Notes under the pieces: generated by a model
The model's input: only the letters and a program-made list of their open reading frames with translations
What the model was told of the DNA's origin: nothing
Databases searched by the model: none
Position numbers and translations under genes: made by a program
NCBI GenBank assembly: GCA_903831815.1
Contig: CAIKZC010000001.1
Span: 85,037 to 149,036, forward strand
Source of the DNA: an uncultured bacterium
GTDB lineage: Bacteria; Patescibacteriota; Minisyncoccia; Phycocordibacterales; UBA11359
DNA: 64,000 nt
Reading direction: 5' to 3'
Shown here: in pieces, positions 37,086 to 47,006 of the stretch
How the letters are laid out: each line of letters opens with the position of its first letter
How positions within the stretch are numbered: the stretch's first letter is position 1

Positions 37086-37384
37086 TTGACAAAATCTTGG
37101 CTTATGCTAAGATACAAGAGGAAAATTTCAGAAAGTCTCTTGGCACTAACTGACCCGTTCTTGGAACTGATCATTCTAAAGGGCGCACTCAGAAGGCCGG
37201 TGATAGTCATGCACCTTAGCTGAAACTCTTCGTGAGATTCGAGGTTTCAGTGACAAAAGAGCGGAATCCTCACTAAGGGAAGCGTATGCACATGTCGCGA
37301 CCCCTGATTTTTTTAAAAATGTGCCGGTCATTGGACCGAGAACGAACAAACCCCTCAGCTACGCTTGATGAGGGGTATTTTCTT
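37086..37384 (+). ncRNA. Candidate small RNA: orphan promoter (TTGACA-16-TAAGAT) to an intrinsic terminator, with no ORF
   Basis: -35 at 37086-37091 and -10 at 37108-37113. Terminator CCCCTCAgctacgcttgaTGAGGGGtattttctt at 37351-37384. No ORF over 30 aa on this strand. Convergent with the downstream gene. Confidence 0.4.
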
Positions 37385-37405
37385 GGCCAAAAAACTAAAA
37401 ACTAC

Positions 37406-38029
37406 TTAAACACTGAGTATTTCAAACCTCTCACCCTCGACAAAAACGGCTTGGTCGTCGTTTAGGAAAATGAGCGGAGTTTTGTTTTCCGCGAGGTGCT
37501 CCATAACTTTCTTATTATCCGCTACAATATCGGGATTATTGGTATGCGGCAAGATCATGAAGTTGACCAATCCCAAAGCTCTATAATCGGATATCAAGTT
37601 GAGGTATTCCGTTTCCCCACCATCGTACTGCGCCAAGGTCACATCTTTTGCCGCTATCATGGAACCCGCGCTCGTGCCGGTGTATATAATTTCACCCTTC
37701 CGCACAGCGTCAACCACCACCCCTGCGAGACCGCTCTTCTGCAACACCGACAAAAGAAGCAACACACTGCCCCCGCAAAAATGAATAACCTCTGACCTCC
37801 CCAAAAGCTCCCTCATCTCCTCTTTTGTCGTCTTCCTCAAATCAACATCAACAATTTCACAACCCAAAGACGTAAACGCTTCCCTGTCGCTCCGCACCCA
37901 CCACGGCTCTTCAACCTCATCCGCCGCGTTCCTAATAAACATCACCTGGCAGCCCTTCCCCACCTTCGGTGCTTTCATCGCGAGAATCGAAATCGTATTT
38001 TGCAAACTTGAGGCGAGGAAGAGGGTCAT
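37406..38029 (-). CDS. Peptidase S51 family (dipeptidase E-like)
   Basis: GTSAGS nucleophile motif; IHFCGG; 207 aa. Confidence 0.7.
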   Translation of the reverse strand: MTLFLASSLQNTISILAMKAPKVGKGCQVMFIRNAADEVEEPWWVRSDREAFTSLGCEIVDVDLRKTTKEEMRELLGRSEVIHFCGGSVLLLLSVLQKSGLAGVVVDAVRKGEIIYTGTSAGSMIAAKDVTLAQYDGGETEYLNLISDYRALGLVNFMILPHTNNPDIVADNKKVMEHLAENKTPLIFLNDDQAVFVEGERFEILSV

Positions 38030-38034
38030 GGTTA

Positions 38035-38574
38035 TTATTTTATACCTCCAAAATTATACTTCCATCCCGGCTGCCATTTGAAGTGAGTCGATGTTAATTG
38101 CTCAAGCGTTACACCATTGATTAAATTTTCCAAACCAAACTGTGTTGCTCTATGACCGATTATCATAACTCGCTTGCCATCATAATTTTTAAACAAGTCT
38201 TCTAAAAAAGATTTCATTCGTACAGTTGTTTGAGTATAACTTTCACCATTAGGAAAAGGCGTTGAAATTCTTTGTGGTTTTTCCTTATCAACAATCTCGC
38301 TGGGTTTTTGAGTAAAATCACCATAGTTACATTCTCGTAACCGAGCGTCTTTTACAATCGGCCATTTATTACCAAAACCAATTTCTGCACTATTGTATGC
38401 ACGTTGAAGATCAGAGCAAAAGATTGCATCAAAATGATCATTTTTATATCGCTCTCCCATTTCTTTTGATTGTTGAATACCTAAAGGAGACAAAGCCACG
38501 TCATTGTGTCCGGACGCTAAATGAGCTTCGTTATCAAATGTAGTTCCGTGTGCTTCAAATATTATTTCAATCAT
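38035..38574 (-). CDS. Histidine phosphatase family protein (phosphoglycerate-mutase-like)
   Basis: N-terminal EAHGTT catalytic His motif, a variant of RHG; 179 aa. Confidence 0.65.
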   Translation of the reverse strand: MIEIIFEAHGTTFDNEAHLASGHNDVALSPLGIQQSKEMGERYKNDHFDAIFCSDLQRAYNSAEIGFGNKWPIVKDARLRECNYGDFTQKPSEIVDKEKPQRISTPFPNGESYTQTTVRMKSFLEDLFKNYDGKRVMIIGHRATQFGLENLINGVTLEQLTSTHFKWQPGWKYNFGGIK

Positions 38575-38668
38575 AAAATTATTCTAATATTTTTGATTTA
38601 TCACCAACTGTAATTGTACCAAAAAGAAAGGCCGGCGGAAAACTAATCTTTACTTTTTTAATATTATA

Positions 38669-39883
38669 TTGTATTTTAGTAAGATGTTATTCGAAGAACT
38701 GATAAAAAAACATCTGGCCGGAATAGATCTCGACCTTAGAAAAAAACCTGATGGATATTCTCGTTACATGGATCAAAAGGTCACACCGGATGTTTTAACT
38801 TTTATCGCCGACTGCATTGTAAATTTTTTAGGCGGAAAAAAATCTGACACAATTTTCACAACTAAAGATATTTGGGATTTTCAATATTTCCAGAAAAACA
38901 TCGTTGCTATATTTGGTAAACCATCTCCTACAAACGAAAGTGCAAATGCAGAATACGATAAGTTTATTGCTCAACCACTTAAAACTTTAGCATTTGCAAA
39001 GATATTGGAAGAAAAGAAAGTGGGGGTACGAAATACATACCAAGTCATTCAGCCAGAATTGTTGGAGTACATTTCACAAAACGAACGAAATGCTTGGGTA
39101 TTCCTTGTTGTGTATGTTGAAAAAGTTCTAACTGATAGCGGTTTTATTAAAGAGTTAAATTCTTTTAAGACTAAGTCACTTTCTGGAACGGTGACTCAAG
39201 AAGATTTTGAACTCCTCAAAGCAAAATTTGAATCTTTCATGCTTGGATATACAAACATAACAACTGATGTTGAAATTAGACGTATTTTTCCTAAAGTCTT
39301 AAATCCTTACGCAGCTTACAACATGATTAACGGCTCAGAAGATGGGCATATGACAGAAAGTAGATTCGTTTATTCTGACTTAATGTATAACCGATCAAAT
39401 TTTCGAGATTTAGGAAAAGACAAAGCCCTGACAAGAAGTGAGGCTGAAGAAATTTTTATTGGTAAACCAGAATTTTCTGATTACAGAACACAAAAAGCAA
39501 AAAATATTGTAAGAAGAAATCATTCAACCAGCGAGATTCGTGACAAATTGGCTGTCGGAGATGCTACTCAGGTTCACCACATATTCCCCGAACATCAGTT
39601 TCCTAAAATCTCGGCTTTTGTTGAAAATTTAATCCTGTTAACACCACAACAACACAACACAAGAGCTCATCCGAATAACCACACTCAATCTATTGATCGA
39701 GATTATCAACGTGAGTGTATTTTGTCTAAAATTACTTCAATTGAATCTTCAATCAGACAAGGGAAAGACATTTATTCAAAAGAGTCGTTGATCCATGTTC
39801 TAAACACAGGGCTCTCGTTGGACATGTCAACAAACACAACATTCAACGAATTAAGGGAAGTTGTAAAAAAAACGTACGCTTAA
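38669..39883 (+). CDS. Putative HNH-motif (beta-beta-alpha-Me) nuclease, candidate restriction endonuclease
   Basis: C-terminal ...VHHIFPEHQFPKISAFVENLILLTPQQHNTRAH (H-H...N...H). Convergent and overlapping with the MTase stop. AT-rich island. Confidence 0.45.
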   Translation: MYFSKMLFEELIKKHLAGIDLDLRKKPDGYSRYMDQKVTPDVLTFIADCIVNFLGGKKSDTIFTTKDIWDFQYFQKNIVAIFGKPSPTNESANAEYDKFIAQPLKTLAFAKILEEKKVGVRNTYQVIQPELLEYISQNERNAWVFLVVYVEKVLTDSGFIKELNSFKTKSLSGTVTQEDFELLKAKFESFMLGYTNITTDVEIRRIFPKVLNPYAAYNMINGSEDGHMTESRFVYSDLMYNRSNFRDLGKDKALTRSEAEEIFIGKPEFSDYRTQKAKNIVRRNHSTSEIRDKLAVGDATQVHHIFPEHQFPKISAFVENLILLTPQQHNTRAHPNNHTQSIDRDYQRECILSKITSIESSIRQGKDIYSKESLIHVLNTGLSLDMSTNTTFNELREVVKKTYA

Positions 39884-42405
39884 TTTTTCACTTGTACTCC
39901 AAAAAAGAATACCGAGTTGTTATCAATATTTAATGACCTTGTACCATGGTTTCGGGCTACTCGATAGAACTCAGTAAATTCTTCGGTTCCAAAATAAGCT
40001 AGATCTTTTTCGGTTATTTTAACGTCAGTTCCTTTTTGAGTAAGAATCGCCACAGATCCATCTACAAGCGTGTTTTCAGGTAAGAATGATGCTCTGGGAG
40101 CATATGTTAGATTCGGTACCAAAACACTTTTATCTTTATTCCAAAATTTTGATATTGATAAACCCTCTAACGAATCGACGTAGGAATCATAATTTGGAAT
40201 ATTTATTATTTCATTTCGCCCAATATTTCTTGATTTCAATATTCGTATTTTCCCTTTGTTTTTTGTTATCTTTTTAGTAATTTGTCGATCTCTATAGGAG
40301 GTAAATATATTGAATCTAAGTTTTCTTGCAACAAAGTCAAAGAAACTATTTCTATACACCAGCCAATACGGAAAATCTTTTGAACATATATATGACTGAT
40401 CCTTGTAACCAATTTCATTTTTTACATAAGATTCAATAAGAGTTCGTGTACCTTTGTTTCTAGTATTAACAATTAAACTTATCGTCTCAATCTTTACCCC
40501 CTTGAATCCTTTCTCGCCATAATCTGTAATTTTTTCTACAGCAAAGGACGATACAAGTTCTCTTGTTTTGTTGAATTCTGGTGCAGACAGAAAGCTTTTA
40601 GGAATAATCAGACCGACCGTATCTCCCAACTGAATTGCTTTTTCAAGAAAATATGAGAAAAGGTTATTTGTTTCTGTATTGTATTTGTCTTTTTTATAAA
40701 CACTCAGAAGTTGTTTATTTTCTGATATATCTCCAAATGGAGGGTTCCCGACAACAATATCATAGTGCTTAGATTGTTTAAATAGATTAGTTTCACCATA
40801 CAGTAGAAAGTCGGCGTTTATCAAATTGATTTTTACATTTTTAGGTATATCAATTTTTTTAAGTAAAATCCTTAGAATCTCAATTGCGTTTTTATCTATA
40901 TCAATAACGTCGATTTCTACATCACTAACTATTTTGTATTTTTCAATAAGTAATGGAAGAAAATTTCCAGCCCCAACAGATGGCTCTAATATAGAGACTT
41001 TTTCAAATTTAGATGCATCTGGTAAATCTTTTATAATAGTGAAACAAATATCTTGTCTTGTGTAATAAGCGGCATGTTGAAAGCGTTGAGCATTTGAATG
41101 TTCAACCATCTTTGCCAATTCAGGGTAATTTAGATCTTTTATGTTTTCTTTAAGAAATATTTTTAGATTTTCTTCTATGTAAAGTCTCTTCTCCTTAATA
41201 AGTTTTTTTATTTGGGTTTCATTCTTCTCTATATTCTTGAATTTTAAATTTATATTTTTAGCTATTCCATTGAATATGACAGTAGGTACCGCTTCACCAA
41301 GAGATTGTCTAATATTAATCTCTTCTTTTTTAAGGATCTTCCTTTTCTCTTCGTCAGACAGTTTATTTAGGTCGTTTAGTGAGATAGACACCCAATTAAA
41401 AGAATTCGGAACAGACATCATTCGCATTAATTCTCTAATACTGAAAACTCTATTGTCTTTCGGATGAATTGTAGCTTGACTGGCTAATATATCGTTTCTT
41501 GTATGAACACAGGGGGCAACCTTATCCCAATAACATCGAGAATACTTGTCTCCATTTTTATTTTCATTACTTACAATTTTTCCATTTACAATTTGATGGG
41601 GTCGTCTCTTAGGATCAACGTTATCAAACGCGGATTGACCTTCCTTAGTATTCTCTATCCAAGGAAGCATGTGTTCAGAATATGGTCGAAAATTGTGGTA
41701 AATATCTTTTTTATCAATCTCACCCATTTTCCTCAGAGGAGCAAGGTCTCCAATCGCGCCTCGCAAAGTGCTGCCATTTTTTAAGGGAGGCATTAAATCT
41801 AACGGTGTGACTTCATGAATATCTTTTCTTACGCCAATTACTAGTGTTCTTGTTCTACTAGATGGGTTACCGTAATCTTTGAAATTAATTATTTGATAGT
41901 GAATGTTATATTTGCCACCCAAGTTCAATTCTATTGCCTCACGAATTTTTTTCTGATTTTTATCAGTATCAGTACAAAGGCTAGAAAGAAAGGCTCGTAC
42001 ATTTTCAAAAATAAATACCTTTGGTCTAATTTTATCCACAAGTTTGATTGATTCAACAACAAGTGAATTTCGTGCCAACTCATCTCCTTTCTTATGGTTT
42101 GCAACCGACATCCCCTGACATGGAGGTGTTGCTAACAGAACGTCGATTTCTTTTAATCCTTGCTTTGATTTCCAAAGATCAATCTCTGAAAAGATTTTGT
42201 TTTGCGTACTTTTTTTTGTAATATCATCATTTATATATCCACTAGAATATGTGCATGTGTTATTATGTTTTTGAACATCTAAACGTCTGCTAATCAGTTC
42301 GACAGTTGCAACACAATCAAAACCCTCTTTCGAGAAGCCGTAGCATCCAACGCCAGCACTACTAAATAGGCTTATGTATGTTAATTTTTTACGCTGATTA
42401 TTCAT
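39880..42405 (-). CDS. Fused DNA methyltransferase: N-terminal C5-cytosine MTase plus C-terminal amino-MTase (NPPF, N6-adenine/N4-cytosine type)
   Basis: m5C motifs I LFSSAGVGCYGF, IV PPCQGMS, VI FIFENV. C-terminal motif I EPSVGAGNF and motif IV VVGNPPFG. 841 aa, GC about 30%. Confidence 0.8.
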   Translation of the reverse strand: MNNQRKKLTYISLFSSAGVGCYGFSKEGFDCVATVELISRRLDVQKHNNTCTYSSGYINDDITKKSTQNKIFSEIDLWKSKQGLKEIDVLLATPPCQGMSVANHKKGDELARNSLVVESIKLVDKIRPKVFIFENVRAFLSSLCTDTDKNQKKIREAIELNLGGKYNIHYQIINFKDYGNPSSRTRTLVIGVRKDIHEVTPLDLMPPLKNGSTLRGAIGDLAPLRKMGEIDKKDIYHNFRPYSEHMLPWIENTKEGQSAFDNVDPKRRPHQIVNGKIVSNENKNGDKYSRCYWDKVAPCVHTRNDILASQATIHPKDNRVFSIRELMRMMSVPNSFNWVSISLNDLNKLSDEEKRKILKKEEINIRQSLGEAVPTVIFNGIAKNINLKFKNIEKNETQIKKLIKEKRLYIEENLKIFLKENIKDLNYPELAKMVEHSNAQRFQHAAYYTRQDICFTIIKDLPDASKFEKVSILEPSVGAGNFLPLLIEKYKIVSDVEIDVIDIDKNAIEILRILLKKIDIPKNVKINLINADFLLYGETNLFKQSKHYDIVVGNPPFGDISENKQLLSVYKKDKYNTETNNLFSYFLEKAIQLGDTVGLIIPKSFLSAPEFNKTRELVSSFAVEKITDYGEKGFKGVKIETISLIVNTRNKGTRTLIESYVKNEIGYKDQSYICSKDFPYWLVYRNSFFDFVARKLRFNIFTSYRDRQITKKITKNKGKIRILKSRNIGRNEIINIPNYDSYVDSLEGLSISKFWNKDKSVLVPNLTYAPRASFLPENTLVDGSVAILTQKGTDVKITEKDLAYFGTEEFTEFYRVARNHGTRSLNIDNNSVFFFGVQVKN

Positions 42406-42557
42406 CCCTTACATTATAACTTTTATAAGTTTTTCTGGGAAGGGCTATTTTCAATATTAACTAATGATAAGGTCTTTTGGAAAAATATTTTTTAATCAAC
42501 ATGGCTAAAGAAATATTTATACAATCAACAACATTTTTTATTTTCTTTGTAAATTCA

Positions 42558-43244
42558 TTAAAATGGCTTTGGATACGACTTCATTGGTCCAATAATTTCA
42601 TAAAACTTCTTTAAGTTAACGATAACAGATCCATTATTTGAAAAAATTTTCTTTTTGTGTAATACAGATAAGTCGATGTCGTCTTGGGAAAAATTATCAT
42701 TTGCGACTACATAAAAAAGTTTACCAGAAAAGTTTTTATACTTATCAATTTTTATATTTATATTGTTTTGTAAATTAAGCATTGTATCAGTATTAAAAAT
42801 ATCAACACCAAAATTACCGTCTGGAGAATAAACATAAAAATCTACCCTATTTCTTGAATCATCAAAAATTTTCTCAGTATGTACGAAGACCTCACCAAAT
42901 TTATTTTTTAAAATTCTCTCTAAAGCCAACTCACTGGCACGCCCCCTTTTATTAACACGGAGAGCTATCTCACTCCTAAATTTACCTTTTCCAAAATGAA
43001 CATCTTCATAACCTAAAACCGAGCGCAATTGTTGCAAACCTCCAAATCTTCTTTCAATCATTTTCCGATTCGGCAAGAATTCAAATGAATCTAATTCTAT
43101 AGAACCTGGATACCTTCCGTTTAGTTCTTTAAAATATTCAAATCCGTCTTTAAGATTTTCAAGACTCCATTTCTCTCCAACAACATTTTTAATATTCTTT
43201 TTTAAATTTTTATATTTTTCCATTAGATTTAAATACGTAGCCAA
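42558..43244 (-). CDS. Hypothetical protein (228 aa) in the R-M island; possible nuclease partner
   Basis: Co-directional with the MTase. Weak PD-(D/E)xK-like pattern (VDFYVY...GVDIFNTD). Speculative. Confidence 0.4.
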   Translation of the reverse strand: MATYLNLMEKYKNLKKNIKNVVGEKWSLENLKDGFEYFKELNGRYPGSIELDSFEFLPNRKMIERRFGGLQQLRSVLGYEDVHFGKGKFRSEIALRVNKRGRASELALERILKNKFGEVFVHTEKIFDDSRNRVDFYVYSPDGNFGVDIFNTDTMLNLQNNINIKIDKYKNFSGKLFYVVANDNFSQDDIDLSVLHKKKIFSNNGSVIVNLKKFYEIIGPMKSYPKPF

Positions 43245-43270
43245 GCAATACTATATTTGAACTATTTTAA

Positions 43271-43780
43271 TTAGTAAAAACAGTTAAATATAGGAGTTTT
43301 TGTTAGTAGTGAACTTAAAATTGCTGTTGCTACAGCTGAACCGATACCAACAAGAATAGCTAACCAAAAATTCCTTTGTTCTTTGCGCTGTTCGTTTGTT
43401 TTATACCCATTATTTCTAAAAGCCAAAAGACCGGACTGCATTTCAACCTGCCAACTCATTGCATAATCTTTTGTTCCAAGCTTATTAAGATAAAATATTG
43501 GACCAAAAATAGCTTCATCCTCTTTTCCAAGATTAAATTTAGTAAATCCATTGAAAATATTCACACTCTCACTTCTACGGTTTCTGGTTATTGAAATAAG
43601 TTTTTCTCTTTCTAAAAAATCTAAGGTATAGAAAATACCATCAAGTTCCTTTAGTAATTCCAACAAATTTGGTTTCAAATGTTCAAAATTATTGAATCCT
43701 TTTTTCTCAGTTAAAAGCTGACCAAGAAACGGTTCTCTTCTCGTTAGAATTAAATCTACAAGTTTCGTATGAATTTCCAT
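43271..43780 (-). CDS. Hypothetical protein (169 aa) with a C-terminal TM helix
   Basis: ORF with C-terminal hydrophobic segment LAILVGIGSAVATAILSSLL. Confidence 0.4.
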   Translation of the reverse strand: MEIHTKLVDLILTRREPFLGQLLTEKKGFNNFEHLKPNLLELLKELDGIFYTLDFLEREKLISITRNRRSESVNIFNGFTKFNLGKEDEAIFGPIFYLNKLGTKDYAMSWQVEMQSGLLAFRNNGYKTNEQRKEQRNFWLAILVGIGSAVATAILSSLLTKTPIFNCFY

Positions 43781-43864
43781 GTGTTTTAAATTATTTTAAC
43801 TCTACTACTTTTACAGTGAACTACAAGTATCTAATGGGATATGATTTTGATTTTACACAAGCGC

Positions 43865-43966
43865 GAAAGACCGTGCCTTGCAGGGTGCCTCGCACAGGCC
43901 GACTGGGCCGAGCGGAGCGGACGGCCAGCAGGCCGGAACGCGTGCATCCCTAAAGGCATGGTCTGT
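43865..43966 (+). repeat. Element B copy 2
   Basis: Closing stem AGACCGTGCC...GGCATGGTCT. The core has GGCCgactgGGCC where copy 1 has GCGCgactgGCGC, a compensatory change. Followed by the terminator AAAAAACCACCtttcGGTGG at 43986-44012. Confidence 0.65.
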
Positions 43967-44011
43967 AGCGCTTTTGTGACAACAAAAAACCACCTTTCGG
44001 TGGCTCTTTGT

Positions 44012-44863
44012 TTACTTCCCACTCTTTGCCTTCCCCACTCTCCTTCTCGTCACAATCAAATGATTTGAATATCTCTTTGCTCGTCGTGACTTCTGTCCCT
44101 TGCCCGTTGGCTTGCCGTAAACAGACTTTGCGCGTCGAGTTCCTCGTCCCTGTCGTCCTTCACCTCCTCCGTATGGATGGTCAACTGGGTTTTGAGCAGT
44201 ACCTCGAACGGTTGGGCGAATACCTAACCATCGACTTCGTCCTGCTTTACCAATATTGATCAATCGGTTTTCCTCGTTGGAAACAACACCGATAGTTGCG
44301 AAACAGGTATCGATAACTCGTCGTACTTCAGTTGAAGGCAACTTTAGGTGCACATATCCGGCATCGTGAGCAATAACTTCAACGAAGTTACCGGCAGACT
44401 TTGCAAGTCGTGCGCCACCATTAGCATTTACTTCAACGTTGTAAACGAAAGTACCGACTGGAATGTTCTTGAGCATCATTGAATTTCCAACTTTGATCTC
44501 GGCTTTTGGCGAAACAATGAACTCACTGCCAACTTTCATACCTTGTGGAAGTACAACGTATCGTTTCTCGCCATCTTTGTATTGAGCGAGAGCGATGAAG
44601 GCTGTACGGTTTGGATCGTATTCAACAGTCATGAGAGTGGCAGGAATATCTCGTTTGTTATATGTAAAATCAACTTCTCGATAGAGTCGTTTGTGTCCTG
44701 ATCCCTTATGACGTGTGGTGATAATACCTCGGTTGTTGCGTCCTACAGCACGTTTGAAGCCATGAGTAAGTGATTTCTCAGGGTCGTTCGTAGTCACGAT
44801 CTTGTTAAATTCGATCGTGGTCATCGCTCGTCGAGGGATACTGGTTGGTTTATATGATTTCAT
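44012..44863 (-). CDS. rplB: 50S ribosomal protein L2
   Basis: ...GRNNRGIITTRHKGSGHKRLYR... Confidence 0.9.
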   Translation of the reverse strand: MKSYKPTSIPRRAMTTIEFNKIVTTNDPEKSLTHGFKRAVGRNNRGIITTRHKGSGHKRLYREVDFTYNKRDIPATLMTVEYDPNRTAFIALAQYKDGEKRYVVLPQGMKVGSEFIVSPKAEIKVGNSMMLKNIPVGTFVYNVEVNANGGARLAKSAGNFVEVIAHDAGYVHLKLPSTEVRRVIDTCFATIGVVSNEENRLINIGKAGRSRWLGIRPTVRGTAQNPVDHPYGGGEGRQGRGTRRAKSVYGKPTGKGQKSRRAKRYSNHLIVTRRRVGKAKSGK

Positions 44864-44869
44864 GGTCGT

Positions 44870-45316
44870 TTATATAATTTCAATCTTATCCCCTTTCTTG
44901 AGATAGACGTAAGCTTTTTTAACACCCGACTTTTCACCCCACTTGCCTCGAACGAAAACGCTCTTAGCAGGAAGACTGACAACTCGCACTTTCTCCGGAG
45001 TCACTTTGTACATAACTGAAACCGCCTTGGCGATCTTTGTTTTTGTCGCGTCTTTGGAAACTTCAAAAACGTAAACACCAATCTCGGCTGCAGCAGTTGC
45101 CTTCTCGGTCACTCGTGGTCGGACGATAACGGAAGCTAGGTCATGCGAGAAATCAACACCGGCAGTTGGAAGAACTACTCCACCCTTTCGTGAAGCGACA
45201 GTTTTAGGTGTTTTCACCTTTTCTGAAGCCACAACTTTCACATCTGCCTTTGCGCTCTTGGCAATAGACTTGGCAGCGACAGTATCTTTTGCTTTTTTTG
45301 CTGAAAAGAAGGCCAT
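44870..45316 (-). CDS. rplW: 50S ribosomal protein L23 with an N-terminal Ala/Lys-rich extension
   Basis: L23 core ...VIVRPRVTEKATAAAE... Confidence 0.8.
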   Translation of the reverse strand: MAFFSAKKAKDTVAAKSIAKSAKADVKVVASEKVKTPKTVASRKGGVVLPTAGVDFSHDLASVIVRPRVTEKATAAAEIGVYVFEVSKDATKTKIAKAVSVMYKVTPEKVRVVSLPAKSVFVRGKWGEKSGVKKAYVYLKKGDKIEII

Positions 45317-45319
45317 GGA

Positions 45320-45979
45320 TTATTTCTTAGGAGTTAAGGCCATCAACGAATCGGCCGGGCTGGTAATAACCACGTACTTATATTGTGCAAGAACCAACGG
45401 ATTGATATTTCGCAATTCCTCAACGGTAACGCTACCAATGTTGTTGAAACTCTTCTCCACATTTTTATTCTTGGCTGGAAGAGCGAGATACAACGCATTA
45501 ACTTTCTTGGTCGCAAGCTTTTCATACCCCTTGATCCCCGCTAGCGAAACCAAAACTTTTTTGGCTTCAACTGTCTTTGGAGCATCAAAAGACATTTTCT
45601 CGACGAACAAGACTTCACCGTTCTTGAACTTCTTTGAAAGCATCATGTTTACTGCCTTTGCCTTCATTTTTTTGTTCACTTTGCGATCGGTATTCTTGTC
45701 ATTTCGAGGTCCGAGTGATACACCTCCCTTCACCCAGATAGGTGAACGTGAAGATCCGTGACGCGCCTTACCAAGACCTTTTTGTTGCCATGGTTTCTTG
45801 CCTCCTCCGCTTACTTCTGATCGATTTTTTGTATGTTGAGTGTGACCACGAGCAGACATTCTCAAAGAATTGATGACTTGGTTGACCACGTCACTATTCC
45901 AAGAAACGCCAAATATTTCTTCTGGAAGTTTGAAACTGCCAGCTGACTTACCATCTTGTTTGTAAATTGTTGTTTCCAT
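45320..45979 (-). CDS. rplD: 50S ribosomal protein L4
   Basis: L4 consensus; 219 aa. Confidence 0.85.
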   Translation of the reverse strand: METTIYKQDGKSAGSFKLPEEIFGVSWNSDVVNQVINSLRMSARGHTQHTKNRSEVSGGGKKPWQQKGLGKARHGSSRSPIWVKGGVSLGPRNDKNTDRKVNKKMKAKAVNMMLSKKFKNGEVLFVEKMSFDAPKTVEAKKVLVSLAGIKGYEKLATKKVNALYLALPAKNKNVEKSFNNIGSVTVEELRNINPLVLAQYKYVVITSPADSLMALTPKK

Positions 45980-45984
45980 AAAGA

Positions 45985-46599
45985 TTATTTAGTACTCGTT
46001 ATCTCCACTAGAGTGCCGCGTCGACCAGGAATCGCGCCACTGATAAAAATTTCATTTTTTGCTGAGTCAATCTGAACCACTTTGAGGTTTTTGACCGTAA
46101 CTCTGTCCCCGCCCATGCGTCCACCCATTCTCTTACCTTTTCGTGGACCTGTTCGAAGACCGCCTCCGATAGAACCCGGCTCTCGTTCAGAGTGTTTCTG
46201 ACCGTGTGATCGTGGACCACCGTGGAAACCATGGCGTTTGACCACACCTTGGAAACCTTTTCCTTTTGAAACACCGGAAACAGTTACAACGTCGCCTTCA
46301 GCGAAAGCGGACACGTCGATCTTGTCACCGATTTTCATTTCAGTCGCATTTTCGAGAGGAAATTCTCGCAAAAAACGGAAGTTGCCGAGACCTTTCAAAT
46401 GGCCGCGCACAGCTTTAGAAATATTTTTTTCGTTGCGAGTACCAAAACCAACCTGCACGGCTTGGTAGCCGTCAGTTTCGTTCGTTTTGAGCTGTGTCAC
46501 AGTGACCGGACCGGCTGAAATAACCGTTACAGGATGCACCGCGCCATCAGTGTCAAATATTTGGCTCATCGCCACCTTTGTTCCCAGAATTAATTTCAT
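45985..46599 (-). CDS. rplC: 50S ribosomal protein L3
   Basis: MKLILGTKVAMSQIFD... Confidence 0.9.
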   Translation of the reverse strand: MKLILGTKVAMSQIFDTDGAVHPVTVISAGPVTVTQLKTNETDGYQAVQVGFGTRNEKNISKAVRGHLKGLGNFRFLREFPLENATEMKIGDKIDVSAFAEGDVVTVSGVSKGKGFQGVVKRHGFHGGPRSHGQKHSEREPGSIGGGLRTGPRKGKRMGGRMGGDRVTVKNLKVVQIDSAKNEIFISGAIPGRRGTLVEITSTK

Positions 46600-46619
46600 G
46601 GCAGTAGATTAACAGAATA

Positions 46620-46988
46620 TTAGACGCTCTTTACATCAATACTAACTCCTGATGGTAGAGATAAACTGCTCAAAGCTTCGACGACTTTAGCTGTTGGGTT
46701 GATAATATCGATGATTCTCTTGTGAATTCTCATTTCAAATTGTTCTCGTGCATTTTTGAAAATGAAAGTAGAACGATTCACAGTGTATTTTTTGATTTCC
46801 GTAGGAAGTGGAATTGGTCCTTGAACTTCTACGTCATATCGCATCGCGGTATCCATGATTTGCTTTACCGAAACATCCAAGAGTTTGTATTCGTAAGCTT
46901 GAACACGAAGTCGCAATTTTGATACAGCATCTTTTTTAGAAGCTGACGCTACTTTTGTCGTTTTCTTGGGTGTTGATGTTGCAGTCAT
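46620..46988 (-). CDS. rpsJ: 30S ribosomal protein S10 with an N-terminal extension
   Basis: ...LRLRVQAYEYKLLDVSVKQIMD... Confidence 0.85.
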   Translation of the reverse strand: MTATSTPKKTTKVASASKKDAVSKLRLRVQAYEYKLLDVSVKQIMDTAMRYDVEVQGPIPLPTEIKKYTVNRSTFIFKNAREQFEMRIHKRIIDIINPTAKVVEALSSLSLPSGVSIDVKSV

Positions 46989-47006
46989 GGTGTTTGGATT
47001 AGAGTA

